Shown piece by piece: positions 19,185-29,847 of a stretch of DNA of 51,501 nt. Source of the DNA: an uncultured delta proteobacterium. GTDB taxonomy: Bacteria; Myxococcota; Myxococcia; Myxococcales; Myxococcaceae. The stretch is from the NCBI GenBank assembly GCA_963776345.1, contig CAVZMH010000021.1, positions 1 through 51,501 of the forward strand. The letters run 5' to 3'. The notes under the pieces were generated by a model. The model made no database searches and was not told the DNA's origin. It worked only from the letters and a program-made list of their open reading frames with translations. A program made the position numbers and the translations under genes. Numbering within the stretch: the first letter of the stretch is position 1; every line of letters starts with the position of its first letter.

Positions 19185-19203
19185 CGAGGTGTCTGACACC
19201 TCG
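19185..19203. repeat. REP-like palindrome CGAGGTGTC-T-GACACCTCG
   Basis: Perfect 9+1+9 palindrome; the same core recurs at 40349-40365. Confidence 0.7.
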
Positions 19204-19234
19204 ATTCGAGGAAATCGCGGCGGGGCCGCTCCCG

Positions 19235-21151
19235 TCACGCGCGGCGGAGCAGGCGCTTCTCGCCCACGCGAAGGGTGACCTTCTCCCGGTCGAAGTACTC
19301 GGACAGAGGGATGACGAACTTCCGGCTGCCGCCCACCAGCTCCTTGAACTGCTGGGTGGTGATCTCCTTGTGCTCGGTGAGATGCGCCACCAGCCGCTGC
19401 TTCAGCTCGGCGATGGCCGAGGCGTGGAAGCACAGCTCCTCGGTCACCTTCACCACGCTGTGGTCGGCGATGGGGCCCTGGAGCAGCCCAGCCACGCGCG
19501 CGACCGGGAGCTCGAGCATCCGGCCGATCTCCGCCAGGGTCGGCGGGGCCAGCCCTCCGGCGGCGATGGCCGCCACCGCCTTGGTCCGGGCGGCCTCCTC
19601 GTCCAGCGACAGGCTCCGGCCCCTCCCCTTCAGCCGCAGACCCTCGCCGATGGCCTCCACCGCGCCGCGCTCCACGAGCGCCTGGATCAGCCGCCCGAGC
19701 AGCCGCGGGTCCAGATCCGGCGACAGCCGCTGCCGGAGCTCCTCGCGGTGCAGCGCGTCCTCGAGCGGCGCCCGGTCGTGGAAGGACTGGAGCATCGCCA
19801 GCGCGCGCGACTGGAGCGCGGCGAACGTCTCGCCGGCCAGGTAGAGCCGGCGCTCGCGGTCGACCAGGAGCACCTGCCCCTTGCTGCTCAGCACCTCGAG
19901 CGCCCGCTGCACCGTCTTCGCCGCGCTCGCCGTCCGGACCGCCAGCTCGCCGGCGGTCATCCCCCGGTACCCGGACTGGCGGGCGAGCCAGACCAGCCGG
20001 GCATCGAGGTCCTCGCCCCGCATCGGCGCGAGCAGCTCGGACGCGCCGCGCCGCCGCCGGGGTGCGCCGAGGGTCAGCACCCGGCCGCCGGCGAGCGTGG
20101 CCCCGCGCCCGGGCAGCGGGCGCGCCCCGCGGAGGATGAAGCGCTGTCCGGGCAGCGCCGCCACCGGGGCCTGCAGCCGCAGCTGGGCGAGGCCGGTCTC
20201 TCCGGGCGAAAGCTCGGGCAGATCGAGCAGGGTGACCCGGGCCTCGACCTGCGCCGTGCCCAGGTGCAGGAGGAGCGTGCGCCGGCGGGGCAGCGGGGCC
20301 TCCGCCGCGGGGAGCAGGGTGAGCTCCACGTCCAGCGAGCGCGTCTCGGGCAGCTCGCCCGCGCGCACCAGCACCATGCCTCGCCGCACGTCCTGCGTGG
20401 CCACGCCCGGCAGGTTCACCGCCGTGCGCTGTCCGGCCGAGCCCCGCGCCACGGTCTGCCCGTGGGTCTGCACGCCGCGCACGCGGAACGGACCGGGGAG
20501 GCCGGGGAGCAGCGAGACCGAGGCCTCCGGCTCCACCGTGCCCGAGAGCAGGGTCCCGGTCACCACGGTGCCGAAGCCCTTGATGGTGAACGCCCGGTCC
20601 ACCGGGAGGAACAGCGGCCCATCGGCGGGGCGCCGCTGCACGCTGGCCGCGGCGCGCCCGAGCGCGGCGCGCAGCGTCTCCAGCCCCTCGCCCGACTTCG
20701 CGGAGACTGGCACCACCTCCGCCGACTCGAGCACGCTCCCGGCGAGCAGGGTGGCCAGGTCCGCGTCGAGCAACGACCGCCAGTCGTCGCCGAGTCCGGG
20801 GAGGAGGTCCGCCTTGGTCAGCGCGACGACGCCGGCCCGCACGCCGAGGAGCTGACAGATGTCGAGGTGCTCGCGCGTCTGGGGCATGACGCCCTCGTCC
20901 GCGGCGACCACCAGGATGGCCAGGTCCACGCCGCCCGCGCCCGCGGCCATCGCCTTCACGAAGCGCTCGTGCCCGGGAACGTCCACCAGGCCGGCCACCG
21001 TGCCGTCCGGCAGGGTGAGGTGCGCGAACCCGAGCTCGAGCGTGATGCCCCGGCGCTTCTCCTCGGGCAGCCGGTCGGTGTCGATGCCGGTGAGCGCCTT
21101 GACCAGCGACGTCTTGCCGTGGTCGACGTGCCCGGCGGTGCCGACGATCAC
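19235..21151 (-). CDS. selB: Selenocysteine-specific translation elongation factor
   Basis: [47 protein letters not shown]-terminal winged helix [25 protein letters not shown]. Confidence 0.97.
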   Translation of the reverse strand: MIVGTAGHVDHGKTSLVKALTGIDTDRLPEEKRRGITLELGFAHLTLPDGTVAGLVDVPGHERFVKAMAAGAGGVDLAILVVAADEGVMPQTREHLDICQLLGVRAGVVALTKADLLPGLGDDWRSLLDADLATLLAGSVLESAEVVPVSAKSGEGLETLRAALGRAAASVQRRPADGPLFLPVDRAFTIKGFGTVVTGTLLSGTVEPEASVSLLPGLPGPFRVRGVQTHGQTVARGSAGQRTAVNLPGVATQDVRRGMVLVRAGELPETRSLDVELTLLPAAEAPLPRRRTLLLHLGTAQVEARVTLLDLPELSPGETGLAQLRLQAPVAALPGQRFILRGARPLPGRGATLAGGRVLTLGAPRRRRGASELLAPMRGEDLDARLVWLARQSGYRGMTAGELAVRTASAAKTVQRALEVLSSKGQVLLVDRERRLYLAGETFAALQSRALAMLQSFHDRAPLEDALHREELRQRLSPDLDPRLLGRLIQALVERGAVEAIGEGLRLKGRGRSLSLDEEAARTKAVAAIAAGGLAPPTLAEIGRMLELPVARVAGLLQGPIADHSVVKVTEELCFHASAIAELKQRLVAHLTEHKEITTQQFKELVGGSRKFVIPLSEYFDREKVTLRVGEKRLLRRA

Positions 21152-21769
21152 GCCCGCGACCGGACGCGCCGGGGCGCGGGCTCTGGCTCCGGCACGAGGT
21201 CGAAGCGGCCATCCTCGGTGACCGGGCCGTAGTCCCAGGGGAAGACCAGCGGGCCCTCCATCACCAGCACCGTCCAGTCCGGCGCGGCGCCCTGGTCGCG
21301 GCAGAGCAACGTCGCGCTGCGGATCTGCCGCGCTCCGGCCTTCCTCGCCAGCGCGGTGGCGCGGCCCATCGTCTCACCCGAGGCGATGACGTCGTCCACC
21401 AGGAGAATCCGCGCGCCCTTCACCTCCCGCGGCATCGCCATCACCCGCGGCATCCGCCCGGTCACCGGGATCCCGGGACCGCCGGAGGATGCGCACCGGA
21501 TGGAACGGACGGCTCAGGGCGGTGGCCAGCGCGGAGCCGACGAACAGCCCGCCGGGCGCGATGCCCACCACCAGGTCGAAGTCGAACCCGGCGGAGATCT
21601 CCCTGGCCAGCGCCTGCACCGCCGCGTCGAACTGGGACCAGCTCATCTCCTGCACCAGATTGCGCGGGCCGCTGCGGTCCTGGCCGCGGAGCCCGCGTGG
21701 GAGCTCGCTCTGCGGCGAGAAGTGCAGCTCGGAGGGGTCCTGACGGCGCCTGGTCGGTCGCGAGGGCAT
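21148..21769 (-). CDS. Type I phosphoribosyltransferase (Gpt-like), frameshift near 21455
   Basis: [18 protein letters not shown] in one frame; [14 protein letters not shown] (PRPP-binding) and LVFPW in another. Confidence 0.85.
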
Positions 21770-21845
21770 GAACGAGGGAAGCCTAGCGCGGCGAGGTGCC
21801 GGCCAGCAGGGTCCCTCGCTCGTCCCAGGCTGGCGAGGGCGGGGC

Positions 21846-22733
21846 TCACGGCGACCGCGTGCGCCGCATCAGATTCTCCTGCGTCACGCTGGCCACCAGC
21901 CGCCCGCCGCGGTCGAAGAACTGGCCCCGGGACAGACCCCGTCCGCCCTGCGCGGTCGGGCTGTCCATCGCGTACAGCAGCCAGTCGTCGAGCCGGAACG
22001 GGCGGTGGAACCACAGCGCGTGGTCGATGCTGGCCACGGCGAGCCCGGGCGTCAGCCAGGAGACCCCGTGCGGGAGCAACGCCGTGGAGAGCAGGCTGAA
22101 GTCCGAGGCGTAGGCGAGGACGCAGGCGTGCAGCAGCGGCGCGTCGGGGAGCGCCCCGTTGGCGCGGACCCAGAAGGCCTGATGCGGGGGCTGCACGGTG
22201 GGAAGCAGCGGGTTCCGGGGCTCGACCGGGCGGAACTCGACGGCCGTGCGGCGCTCGAACGCCCCGCGGATCCGCGGGGGGACGTCCGGGACCGAGTCAA
22301 GCCACTCCTGGACCAGCTCGCGCTGCGGCCGGAGCGACTCGGGCGCGGGCGCCTCGGGCATCGGCGCCTGATGCTCGAGCCCCGGCTCCGGCACCTGGAA
22401 GGAGCAGATCATGCTCAGCAGCACCTCCCCGCCCTGGATGGCCTGGACCCGGCGGGCCGTGAAGTGTCCGCCGTCACGCACCCGGTCCACCTCGTAGACG
22501 ATGGGACGCGCCATGTCGCCCGGCCGCAGGAAGTAGGCGTGCAGCGAGTGCGGCAGCCGGGCCTCCACCGTCCGGCTCGCGGCGACCAGCGCCTGGCCGA
22601 TGACCTGGCCCCCGAACACCGCCTTCCCGCCGAGGTCGCGCGACGGCCCACGGAACAGGTTGACCTCCAGCGGCTCGAGGTCGAGCAGGCGGAGCAGATC
22701 GTCCAGGGCGGAACCCGGGTCGGACACGGCCAC
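21846..22733 (-). CDS. tesB: Acyl-CoA thioesterase II
   Basis: VFGGQVIGQAL, HSLHAYFLRPGD, LAYASD, ASIDHALWFHRPFR, LVASVTQE. Confidence 0.95.
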   Translation of the reverse strand: MAVSDPGSALDDLLRLLDLEPLEVNLFRGPSRDLGGKAVFGGQVIGQALVAASRTVEARLPHSLHAYFLRPGDMARPIVYEVDRVRDGGHFTARRVQAIQGGEVLLSMICSFQVPEPGLEHQAPMPEAPAPESLRPQRELVQEWLDSVPDVPPRIRGAFERRTAVEFRPVEPRNPLLPTVQPPHQAFWVRANGALPDAPLLHACVLAYASDFSLLSTALLPHGVSWLTPGLAVASIDHALWFHRPFRLDDWLLYAMDSPTAQGGRGLSRGQFFDRGGRLVASVTQENLMRRTRSP

Positions 22734-22797
22734 CTCCGGAGGCCACCTTAGTCACTGGCCGGGGCAGGTGTTGCCCCTGGCCGCGGGGTGTCGCCCG

Positions 22798-23481
22798 TCA
22801 GGTCCGGGTCCGCGGAGGCGCCCGCTTCACCGGGTGCCGGACCAGGGTCTTCAGCTTCGCCGGCGCGGTCCGCCGCGGGTCGGAGAGGTAGATCTCGTGG
22901 TGGTCGCGCACCTCGAGCCCTCCCCGGCCCTTCATCACCTCGTGTCGCTCGACGAGCCCCTGCGCCTCGACGAACGCGCGCATCGTCGCGACGGTCGCCG
23001 GCTCGGTCGCATACGGACCCAGGTGCAGCATCTGGACACAGAGGCCCTCCTGGTAGCGCTGCAGGCGGAGCCGCCCCACGGCCGGCGAGGGCTTCTTCTT
23101 CCGGAGCTGCTCCATGGCCTCGGCGAGCGCGTCGGCCGTGACCTGCTCCGGCTGGAGAATCATCGCCCGCCACGACCAGTCGTCCGGGCGGCCGAGCTCG
23201 AACTTCCCGCCTTCCACCCACCAGATCGCCTCGAGCGGCATCACCGGCCAGTCCACCGCGCCGGTCCTCCGCTTCTTGAACGAGAACTTCAGGGTGTACG
23301 CCGCGCCGTAGAGCGCCTCGACCGCGGCCTGGAACGCAGGAGAAGTCCCCGGGCTCGACCCGGGCTCGATCCGCCCGTCGATGCTCAGGAACGGCAGCTC
23401 CGGGACCTCGACCAGCCGGGGGGCCTTGGTCGATGCCTGGTACAGCGCGCGATGTCGCTTCCGGAGGTCGACCGTCTTCAT
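22798..23481 (-). CDS. GyrI-like small-molecule-binding domain protein
   Basis: FQAAVEALYGAAYTLKF, VMPLEAIWW, EGLCVQMLHLGPY, HHEIYLSDPRRTAPAKLKT. Confidence 0.9.
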   Translation of the reverse strand: MKTVDLRKRHRALYQASTKAPRLVEVPELPFLSIDGRIEPGSSPGTSPAFQAAVEALYGAAYTLKFSFKKRRTGAVDWPVMPLEAIWWVEGGKFELGRPDDWSWRAMILQPEQVTADALAEAMEQLRKKKPSPAVGRLRLQRYQEGLCVQMLHLGPYATEPATVATMRAFVEAQGLVERHEVMKGRGGLEVRDHHEIYLSDPRRTAPAKLKTLVRHPVKRAPPRTRT

Positions 23482-23635
23482 GACAGAGTCCGGCTGCCTG
23501 GAACCCCCGGCGTCGCGAGGTGCGGACGAGGCAGCTCTTCTTGCTCACACTTCGGTCGCTCGGGCCAGAACCGCTGGCGAGCGAGGCGGGCGGCACGCTC
23601 CGGCCCAGCGTCGCCTACCACTACCTGAAGGGGGG

Positions 23636-23661
23636 AAACAAAAGGGCGGCCTGCGCCGCCC
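23636..23661 (-). terminator. Intrinsic terminator after the ABM-like gene
   Basis: Minus strand gggcggc-gcag-gccgccc followed by TTTTGTTT. Confidence 0.7.
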
Positions 23662-23687
23662 CTCGACAACAACGCTCAGTCCTGGAC

Positions 23688-23996
23688 TCAGGCGCGAGCG
23701 GTGATCTTCGGAATGGTCGAGCTGCACACCTCGTAGCTCAGAACCTCCGGAGTCCCCTGGACGACGTTGCTCAGGGTCTTCAGCACTTCCGGATACGCTG
23801 CGCGGCCGTACTGCTCGGCCTTCTCCTTCGACTCCCAGAAGCTCATCGCATACGCCTCGTCCCCGTTGATGAAAGCGACTTCCTCCTGAAACCCTGGCTG
23901 CTTGCGCAGCAGGGGAAGGACGTCCTTCTCCAGCGTCTTGGTGAACATCGTGGCGGTGTTGGGCTTCAGATGCAGATGCACGTTACGAGCAAACAT
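23688..23996 (-). CDS. ABM-like dimeric alpha+beta barrel protein
   Basis: MFAR...VLPLLRKQPGF...MSFWESKEKAE...YEV pattern. Confidence 0.75.
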   Translation of the reverse strand: MFARNVHLHLKPNTATMFTKTLEKDVLPLLRKQPGFQEEVAFINGDEAYAMSFWESKEKAEQYGRAAYPEVLKTLSNVVQGTPEVLSYEVCSSTIPKITARA

Positions 23997-24239
23997 GGCG
24001 AGACCTCAGATTCGTTCTGACTACGCGTTTACGAATCGAGAAACCCTGACCTAGTGCAGACGACTCGAGCGGGGAGCTGGAACGCCCTCCCGCATGAACC
24101 AACGTAACCACCGTTCGGGGAGGCGCCAGCAAACGCTAGACGTCCATTAGCAACGCGGGCCGGCGTCAGTAGAAGCGCAGCGAGAGCCGACCGCTGAGGA
24201 CACGCCCGGCGTCCTCGGGCGCCCTCAAGCCAGCGTCGT

Positions 24240-24398
24240 TCAGGCGATTCGCCGGCCGGTGATGATCTTGATGAGGAAAGCCACGACGGCCAGGACCAGG
24301 AGCACGTGGATGAAACCACCCAGCATGACATTGGCCACCAGGGCCAGCGCCCACAGGGCGACGAAGACGACCGCCAGGATCCACAGGAGATTGCCCAT
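24240..24398 (-). CDS. Small membrane protein (lmo0937/DUF5670-like)
   Basis: LLWILAVVFVALWAL...LGGFIHVLLVLAVV...IITGRR. Confidence 0.85.
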   Translation of the reverse strand: MGNLLWILAVVFVALWALALVANVMLGGFIHVLLVLAVVAFLIKIITGRRIA

Positions 24399-24521
24399 GA
24401 CTCGATCTTCCTTCGCCCTCTTTCTGGGCCCTCCCGGTGAGTTCGTCAATCCTCGCACCCCGCTCCAGGAGGTGCGCCGGGACCCACGACGCCCCAGCCG
24501 CCGTCGGCGGACCCCGCGGCC

Positions 24522-25400
24522 TCACTGTTCGACGCGCGCCCGGCCGGGCTCCGCCGGTCGGGGTGAGCTCGCAGTCCGCGGGTACGCTGCGGCGAGCACG
24601 ACGCCCAGCACCGTCGCGCCCACTCCGAGCGCTGCGTTCAGGAACGGGGGCGCGGTCAGCGCGATGCGGATGAGCACGGTGACGACGGCGTAGCCCGAGC
24701 TCCGGAAGACATCCTCGTAGGTGAAGCTGTGGCGGAGCGAGAGGAAGACGATCAGCAGGTCGGCGAAGACCAGCACGGTGTACAGCGAGTCGAAGAAGAC
24801 GTCGTAGGCCTCGTCGCCCCCGTGCCCGAGCACGGCGCCGGCGATGCTCCGCGCCCCGAAAGACAAGAAGATGGCGAGGACGATGAGGGCCACCGCCTCC
24901 TTCGAGGCAGTGAACTCCGCTTGCTCCGCCTCGTCGCTCTCGTGCTGCAGCCTGTAGAAGAGCCCGACGAGCGCGAACACCAGGACCGCGCTCGCGGCGT
25001 CGGCGACCATCGTCGGGACGAAGGGGCGCAACGTTTCCCAGCGGATCGGCTCGGAGGCGTGCACCAGCTCCTTGAGGCTCTGCCGCAGGAGGATGAGCGA
25101 GAGGATCTCGAACTGCCGCCCCATCGTCCGTCCCGCGCTCCCGGAGAGGCCGAAGACCAGTCCGAGCACCTCGACGACCAGGAGGAGGTTGAAGCCGAGA
25201 CGGACGGCGTGGAAGTGGTTCGACGGAATCCACTCCATGGAGAGGATGCCGAGTCGGCGGAGCTCGATGAGCACGAGCGAGGCGACGAAGATCGCGAGGA
25301 GCACGCTCGCGACGGTGCGCTGCGCCCTCGGAGCTTTCCAGCCCCGGTGGAGCCACCCGTAGAACCGGTGCGTCCAGGCGAGCGGGGGCGAGAGGGCCAT
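24522..25400 (-). CDS. Hypothetical polytopic membrane protein
   Basis: ~7-8 hydrophobic segments; QFEILSLILLRQSLKEL; GAGGGG RBS. Confidence 0.75.
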   Translation of the reverse strand: MALSPPLAWTHRFYGWLHRGWKAPRAQRTVASVLLAIFVASLVLIELRRLGILSMEWIPSNHFHAVRLGFNLLLVVEVLGLVFGLSGSAGRTMGRQFEILSLILLRQSLKELVHASEPIRWETLRPFVPTMVADAASAVLVFALVGLFYRLQHESDEAEQAEFTASKEAVALIVLAIFLSFGARSIAGAVLGHGGDEAYDVFFDSLYTVLVFADLLIVFLSLRHSFTYEDVFRSSGYAVVTVLIRIALTAPPFLNAALGVGATVLGVVLAAAYPRTASSPRPAEPGRARVEQ

Positions 25401-25545
25401 GCGCCCCTCGTTCTAGTCGATCCAGAGGGCGCCGCATGCCAGAGCGACCGGCGCCTGGCGGCGTCACCGACGTCGAGGCGCCGAGCGTCGGACGCCGGCG
25501 TGGGCAGTTGCAGGAACGACGACCTTCGCGTCGCGGCCCGTCCGT

Positions 25546-25992
25546 CTAGTCGGCGCGGTTGACCTCGGCGGTGAACACGGCTCCGTGCGTCGGCGCGGCC
25601 ATGCGTGCGCTGGGCTCGGGGGTGACGGTGAGCGTGAAGGTTCGATGCGGCGTCGTGGTGTCCAACTTCCCGACGAGATCTGCGTCGACCTTGAGCGCGC
25701 CCACATTCTGGATCTCGGCATTGCGTGGCTGGATCCAGACGACATAGACGGAGGCGTCCGAAGCAACCCTCGCCGGCTCGGACAGGTGCTTCACTCGGAC
25801 CTCGATCTGGGTGTTGTCGTTGGGGCCGGCCTTGGCCGAAACCGTCCCCTGACCGGAGGTATTCTCGACGCTCGACTCCATCGTCTGCTTCGGCGCGCCT
25901 GCGCATCCCGCCTGGCTGACGGCGAGCAGGCCGACGGACGCGAGGGCCATCACGGAAATGGGACGGTGGAGGCCGCTTCGAATGAATCGCAT
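25546..25992 (-). CDS. Hypothetical lipoprotein
   Basis: Lipobox SQAG-C; VKHL..P...YVVW..QNVGAL.VD.DL.G...TTP...F.L.VT.E pattern. Confidence 0.7.
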   Translation of the reverse strand: MRFIRSGLHRPISVMALASVGLLAVSQAGCAGAPKQTMESSVENTSGQGTVSAKAGPNDNTQIEVRVKHLSEPARVASDASVYVVWIQPRNAEIQNVGALKVDADLVGKLDTTTPHRTFTLTVTPEPSARMAAPTHGAVFTAEVNRAD

Positions 25993-26238
25993 GACGCTCA
26001 CCTCGCAAGGAAAGAACGCACTGTCCCCGGCACCTCAGGAACGCTCGGCACGCTCGCCCGCGCTCCGAGGAGGAAGGCGGCGAGCACGCGAGACAGTGCG
26101 CCGGTCCGCTGGCGAAGGCAAGATACTGCTACGCTGTAACTGTCGAGCGCTGGAAACGGGCGCCGGCACGGTGTCGGACTTGCTACGTCCTGACGCGTGA
26201 GGGGCTCGGTGGGCTCGCCCCTCGTTTCGGAGGCAGCG

Positions 26239-26712
26239 ATGGCGACCGGTCAGGGCAACACGTGGGTGCTGGTGGCGGACGCCCACCACGCACGCATCCT
26301 CGACGTCCAGGACGCAGGCCTCGTGCCACGGCTCCGGACGACGCTGCACGCCCGTCCCGACGGATCAGCGGCGATCGAGGGTGGACTCCCGAACGAGGCG
26401 GCCGGCCACGGCGCCAAGACCGGCGGGCCGGAGCACGGCTGGACGACCGGCAACTTCACGCCGGGCGAGGCCGAGGAGGAGCGCTTCGCGCACGAGCTGG
26501 TGCACGTGCTGGAGCGCGGCCTGGCCGACACGCACTTCCACCACCTGGTCCTCGTGGCGCCCCCGAAGCTCCTCGGCATGCTCCGCGGCGGGCTGACTCA
26601 CGAGCTCGCCCAGCGGCTGCGGGCGGGCACGCACAAGGACTGGGGACACCTTCCGGACGGCGAGCTCGCCGAGCACGTTCGCGGCCTCGTGGAGATCTGG
26701 CCGCAGGGCTGA
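26239..26712 (+). CDS. Host attachment protein family (AtsE / baeRF-like)
   Basis: TWVLVADAHHARI...EERFAHEL...LVLVAPPKLLGMLR...KD; GGAGG RBS. Confidence 0.88.
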   Translation: MATGQGNTWVLVADAHHARILDVQDAGLVPRLRTTLHARPDGSAAIEGGLPNEAAGHGAKTGGPEHGWTTGNFTPGEAEEERFAHELVHVLERGLADTHFHHLVLVAPPKLLGMLRGGLTHELAQRLRAGTHKDWGHLPDGELAEHVRGLVEIWPQG

Positions 26713-26791
26713 CCCGGGGAGGTCACGCCTCACTGTCGAGGCGCAGCCGCCGAATGACCACCGCCGGCCCGGCACGCGGCCCGGTCATGGA

Positions 26792-27247
<456 letters not shown>

Positions 27248-27334
27248 GTTCGTGAGACCTCCTTCGAGAACCGGACCGTTGCGGCCCGGTTGCTGGGTGA
27301 ATTCTCTAGCAGGTCTGCCTGACAGGAGCATCCC

Positions 27335-28069
27335 GTGTCCGAACCGGAATACGCGCTCTACTACTGGCCTGGAATCCAGGGGCGTGGCGAGTTCGTCCGC
27401 CTGGCCCTCGAGGAGGCCGGCGCCGACTACGTCGACGTGGCCCGGCTGCCCCGGAGCAAGGGCGGCGGCGAGGAGGCCATCCTCCGCGTGCTCCGCGGCG
27501 AGCTCGGGCCGCGCCCGCCGTTCGCGCCTCCGGTGCTCCGCGCGGGGGAGGTGGTCGTCGCGCAGACCGCGCTCATCCTCCACTTCCTCGGTCCGCGCCT
27601 GGGGCTCGTCCCGCGCGACCCGGCGCTCCGGCTCTGGGCGCACCAGCTGCAGCTCACCATCACCGACCTGGTGGCCGAGACCCACGACACGCATCACCCC
27701 ATCGCGGGGAGCCTCTACTACGAGGAGCAGAGGCGCGAGGCCCGCCGGCGCGCGCGGTCCTTCACCGCCGAGCGCATCCCGCGGTTCCTCGGGTACTTCG
27801 AGCGGGTGCTCCGGGACTCCGGTGGCCGGTACGCGCTGGGACGCCGGCTCAGCTACTTCGACCTCTCGCTCTTCCAGGTGATGGAGGGCCTGCGCTACGC
27901 GTTCCCGCGGACGATGAAGTCGCTGGCCCCGCGGATTCGCCGGCTCACCGCGCTCGCCGAGGTGGTCCGGGAGCGGCCCCGCCTCGCTGCGTACCTCGAC
28001 TCGCCGCGCCGGCTGCCGTTCAGCACCGAGGGCATCTTCCGCCACTACCCCGAGCTCGACGGGCTCCGC
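27335..28069 (+). CDS. Glutathione S-transferase (stop codon not found in frame)
   Basis: [50 protein letters not shown]; the frame stays open antisense into the ABC permease genes. Confidence 0.88.
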
Positions 28070-28915
28070 TCAGCCCTTCACCGCGCCGACGGTGAACCCG
28101 GCGATGAACCGGTCGACGAAGAAGTTGTAGAGGATGGCGATCGGCACCGAGGCGATGAAGCACGCGCCCATCAGCGAGCCCCAGAAGTACACGTCGCCGC
28201 GCACCAGGAAGGTGGGCACCCCCACGCTGACGGTGAGGTTCTTGCTGGTGGTGATGAAGGTCAGCCCGTAGACGAACTCCTGCATCACCAGGGTGAAGCT
28301 GAAGATGATGGTGGTGAGGAGCCCGGCCACCGACATCGGCAGGATGACCCGGACGAACGCCCCGAGGCGCGAGTGGCCGTCGATCATCGCCGCCTCCTCG
28401 AGGTCCTTGGGGATGACCTTGAAGAAGCCCATCAGGAGCCAGGTGCAGAAGGGCACGGTGAAGCTCGGGTACACCAGCACCAGCGCCCAGAGCGAATCCT
28501 GGAGCCCGAGCAGCGCCACCAGGCGCGACAGCGGGATGAAGAGGATGGTCGGCGGGACCAGGTAGGTGAGGAAGATGCCGATGCCCAGCCTCTCGCCCGC
28601 GGCGCCGGTGAGCCGCGCCAGGCTGTAGCCCGCAGGCACCGCGAGCAGCAGGGTGATCAGCACCACCAGCACGCCCACGAAGAGCGTGTTCCCCACCCAG
28701 CGCACGAACAGCGTGTCGTAGAAGAGCACTCGCAGGTGAGCGAGGGTGGGCGGCGCGTGGTAGATGAACGGGTTGCCTGCGGGGTCGAGCAGATCCTTCG
28801 TCTGCTTGAAGGCGGTGATCGCCATCCAGGCGAAGGGGAACGCGGCGAAACCGGTGAACGCCGCCACCACCCCGAAGTTGACCGCCTTGCCGGCCGCCTT
28901 GCGCGCGTCCGCCAT
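28070..28915 (-). CDS. Carbohydrate ABC transporter permease (MalG-like)
   Basis: EAA loop IPKDLEEAAMIDG; ends GFTVGAVKG. Confidence 0.93.
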   Translation of the reverse strand: MADARKAAGKAVNFGVVAAFTGFAAFPFAWMAITAFKQTKDLLDPAGNPFIYHAPPTLAHLRVLFYDTLFVRWVGNTLFVGVLVVLITLLLAVPAGYSLARLTGAAGERLGIGIFLTYLVPPTILFIPLSRLVALLGLQDSLWALVLVYPSFTVPFCTWLLMGFFKVIPKDLEEAAMIDGHSRLGAFVRVILPMSVAGLLTTIIFSFTLVMQEFVYGLTFITTSKNLTVSVGVPTFLVRGDVYFWGSLMGACFIASVPIAILYNFFVDRFIAGFTVGAVKG

Positions 28916-29847
28916 CACGCCACCTCGGAGCGGCGGGCGAGCCGGAGCAGCAGCACCGCGCAGACCGCCAGGACGGGCAGCAGGAACAGCGCCACCGCCG
29001 CGCCTCCGGAGAGGTCCCCGCCGTCGATGCTCTTGAAGAAGGCGAGGCTGGCGAGCACCTGGGTGCTGTCGAAGGGGCCGCCGCGGGTGAGGACGTAGAC
29101 CACGATCATGTCGGTGATGCTGAAGACCAGGCCGAAGAGCACCGCCACCAGGAGGATGGGCAACACCAGCGGGAGGGTGATGACGAAGAGGTGCCGGAAG
29201 AACCCTGCGCCGTCGACCTCGGCTGCGTCGTGGATGTCCTGGGGAATCGACGAGAGCCCGCCGAGCGAGATGACCGTGGCCAGGGGCATGGTCCGCCAGA
29301 CGTGCACCGTGATGATCGAGGCCATCGCCAGCTTCGGCTGACCGAGCCAGATGGGCCAGGTGTCGGGCCCGAAGACGCCGACGTGACGCAGGGTCCAGTT
29401 GATGACGCTGTAGATGGGGTCGAGGATCCACAGCCAGCCGATGCTCCCCAGCGAGATGGGCGCCACCCAGGGGAGGAGGATCAACAGCCGGACCAGCCAC
29501 TTCCCGCGGAAGTCCCGCTGGAGCGCGATGGCCAGGATGCTGGCCAGGACGATGACCAGGATCTGCGACACCAGCGCGAAGATGAAGGTGTTGCCCAGCG
29601 CCTTGAGGAACGCCGGGTCCTGGAGCGCGTTCCGGAAGTTCTCCAGCCCCACGAAGTGCGGCGTCGAGGTGCCGATGGTGACGCTGGAGAAGCTGTACCC
29701 GATGGCCATCAGGAACGGCACCGCGACCACCAGGGCGATGTAGAGCACCGCCGGGGCGAGCATCAGCCGCCCGAGCCAGGTGGGACTGTCGGCGATGGCG
29801 GAGGCGCGCGCCCCGACGCCGCCCCGGGCGAGGGCCGGGGCGGTCAC
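28915..29847 (-). CDS. Carbohydrate ABC transporter permease (MalF-like)
   Basis: FVGLENF, IPQDIHDAAEVDGA, VYVLTRGGPFDST. Confidence 0.93.
   Translation of the reverse strand: MTAPALARGGVGARASAIADSPTWLGRLMLAPAVLYIALVVAVPFLMAIGYSFSSVTIGTSTPHFVGLENFRNALQDPAFLKALGNTFIFALVSQILVIVLASILAIALQRDFRGKWLVRLLILLPWVAPISLGSIGWLWILDPIYSVINWTLRHVGVFGPDTWPIWLGQPKLAMASIITVHVWRTMPLATVISLGGLSSIPQDIHDAAEVDGAGFFRHLFVITLPLVLPILLVAVLFGLVFSITDMIVVYVLTRGGPFDSTQVLASLAFFKSIDGGDLSGGAAVALFLLPVLAVCAVLLLRLARRSEVA

Noticed and set aside
19112..19234. tRNA-Sec (selC) or SECIS next to selB
   Set aside because: No cloverleaf or TCA anticodon arm visible; no in-frame TGA selenoprotein noticed (the peroxiredoxin uses Cys).
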